From an uncultured delta proteobacterium (GTDB lineage: Bacteria; Myxococcota; Myxococcia; Myxococcales; Myxococcaceae), in NCBI GenBank assembly GCA_963771175.1, contig CAVYSY010000054.1, positions 125,838 through 189,837 on the forward strand: a stretch of DNA of 64,000 nt, written 5' to 3'. Each line of letters starts with the position of its first letter. Position 1 is the stretch's first letter. The notes beneath the pieces were generated by a model. That model searched no databases. It was not told the origin of the DNA and saw only the letters and a program-made list of their open reading frames with translations. This document shows, piece after piece, positions 62,411 through 64,000 of this stretch. Both the position numbers and the translations under genes were made by a program.

Positions 62411-63967
62411 ATGCGCCGCTTCGCTCTCTGGATGTCGTGTCTGCTGGTTCTGTCAGGCTGCATGGGCCCCGGGGAGCTCCCATCCGAGGCCGGAGCGGTG
62501 ACCTCCTCGCTGGTGAACGACGGCTACTGGGCAGGCGTCACCAAGAGCTTCCCGCGAACTCCGACCGGGCACGTGGTGGGCATCTGCCGGCACAACAGCT
62601 ACGTGGACACCGAATCGGGCTCCTCACTCAACCTCTCGAGGACGACCGCGAAGCTGAAGCTCGCCATCGATGCCGATGCCGACCTGCTCGAGCTCGACAT
62701 CAAGGAGGAGGGCGGGCGGGTGTACGTCGACCATGAGGACAATGGTCAGACCAACGGGGCACTCCTGGCGGAGGTGCTGGACTTCGCGCCGCTTCAGTCC
62801 GATGACGCGGTGCTCTTCATCGAGCTCAAGGAGACGACCACGCACCAGAGCCTCGCCCGCCAGGTGCTGGAACTGCTCCGGGCCCGCAGGACCTGGTACG
62901 CGCGCGCGGGGCGCCCCGTCATCATCCGCAGCTTCCACTCCCTGCGCGGCAATCTCGCCGCGGTGCAGTCCCTCCTTCCCGAGTACCCGGACCTCAGCCC
63001 CTACATCCGGCTGCACGTCCTGTTCTCCGGAAACCAGACCGCCAACATGGCCGCCTACCACGGGCTCATCCAGGAGGCGGACGCGCAGGGGTGGCAGGGA
63101 ATCGAGTTCCCCTACACGGACGACAACATCCTGTCGAAGATTGCCTATGCGAAGTCGCTCGGGCTGAGCGTCTCGCTGTGGACCATTCCGTCCAGCTTCG
63201 GCGAGGTCTTCCTGTCGAACCTGCGCGAGGAGGTGGAGGCCTTCGTCGTCGAGTATGACGTGGCGAGGGCACGGGCTGTCGTCTCCGACGCCAACCAGCT
63301 TCTCTATCTGAACGTCTGGAACCAGCCCCATCCGGCGACGAACATCCACTACCGCCGCAGCGGCGCCATGACCTACGCGGTGCCGGTCAACGTCGCGGGA
63401 GCACCGGCCACGATGACGGACGGCCCGGGAGAGGACCGGTATGGAACCTCGCTGCTTTTCTCCGCGCCCTCCGCGCAATCCCTGCCCTTCTACGATGCGG
63501 ACACGGCCGCCGGGCAGGGCTACTTCGTGAGCGCGTATGTCAATTTCGACGACTTGCTGACCAGCTGCCCGGGAGGCGCCAGCAGTTGCACGATGGCCCT
63601 CCTGAACAAGTCGGAGGCCAGCGGGTTCGCCCTCGAGCTGTTCCGCTCCAGCACGGGCACGCGCCTGCTGCGCTTCGGCGTCCACGTGGGCGGTGACTAC
63701 CAGTACGCCACGGCGCCGCTCGACGGCCTCAATGACACCGATGGCTACCTCATCACCGGAGCCTACGATGGAAACGGTCAGGTCTGGCTCTGGGTGGACA
63801 ACAGCACCTCGGGCACCACGCCCGCGGGCCCCTTCACGGGGGGGGTGCAGAACACGAACATCCCCGTGACGGCCGGCGCGGATCCGCAGGCCAGCGGCGG
63901 CCCGCGCTTCTTCCAGAGTGGCAAGGTGCAGATGCTCCAGGTGCTGCGCTGGGCCGACCACCCGTAG
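62411..63967 (+). CDS. Lipoprotein: GDPD/PLC-like phosphodiesterase barrel + LamG/ConA-like domain
   Basis: Lipobox LSGC; HNSY, ADLLELDI, VDHE, FIELKE, SLWT; C-terminal ITGAYDG...LWVD lectin-like pattern. Confidence 0.75.
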   Translation: MRRFALWMSCLLVLSGCMGPGELPSEAGAVTSSLVNDGYWAGVTKSFPRTPTGHVVGICRHNSYVDTESGSSLNLSRTTAKLKLAIDADADLLELDIKEEGGRVYVDHEDNGQTNGALLAEVLDFAPLQSDDAVLFIELKETTTHQSLARQVLELLRARRTWYARAGRPVIIRSFHSLRGNLAAVQSLLPEYPDLSPYIRLHVLFSGNQTANMAAYHGLIQEADAQGWQGIEFPYTDDNILSKIAYAKSLGLSVSLWTIPSSFGEVFLSNLREEVEAFVVEYDVARARAVVSDANQLLYLNVWNQPHPATNIHYRRSGAMTYAVPVNVAGAPATMTDGPGEDRYGTSLLFSAPSAQSLPFYDADTAAGQGYFVSAYVNFDDLLTSCPGGASSCTMALLNKSEASGFALELFRSSTGTRLLRFGVHVGGDYQYATAPLDGLNDTDGYLITGAYDGNGQVWLWVDNSTSGTTPAGPFTGGVQNTNIPVTAGADPQASGGPRFFQSGKVQMLQVLRWADHP

Positions 63968-64000
63968 CACGGCGGGCCCGGCTCGGGGTCAGAGGCGAAA

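Overview
GC-rich myxobacterial DNA, probably Archangium/Cystobacter-like judging by its lineage-typical families. Many genes carry single-base frameshifts, probably partly long-read consensus errors. The centrepiece is a complete Mx162-like retron on the minus strand. It has an a1/a2 stem, an msr with a predicted branching G at 35617, a ~162-nt msd hairpin (35406-35567) and a 485-aa reverse transcriptase (33862-35319). Upstream and co-oriented lie a 906-aa helical-repeat protein, a 2154-aa WD40+HEAT protein and a SWIM/WGR-like protein, which fits the uncharacterised 'type XIII' retron layout. This locus is interrupted by a Tox-REase-5/Imm52 pair, a Tat-lipoprotein GMC oxidoreductase and an internally deleted toxin with an orphan immunity-like gene. 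It is followed by a ~1.1-kb low-GC segment with no credible ORF. A second notable block (24457-32755) combines a P450/TetR pair, a soluble-adenylyl-cyclase-like STAND protein, an MpaB/Lcp-type oxygenase and a PaxB/Pyr4-type membrane terpene cyclase. The rest includes a SitA6/SitI6-type toxin pair, a CLC-F fluoride exporter and a MarR-hppD-hmgA-fahA cluster with a visible operator. It also contains two-component genes, PhoD, a protealysin/emfourin pair bracketed by a partial gene duplication, and two inverted copies of a 75-bp palindromic repeat.
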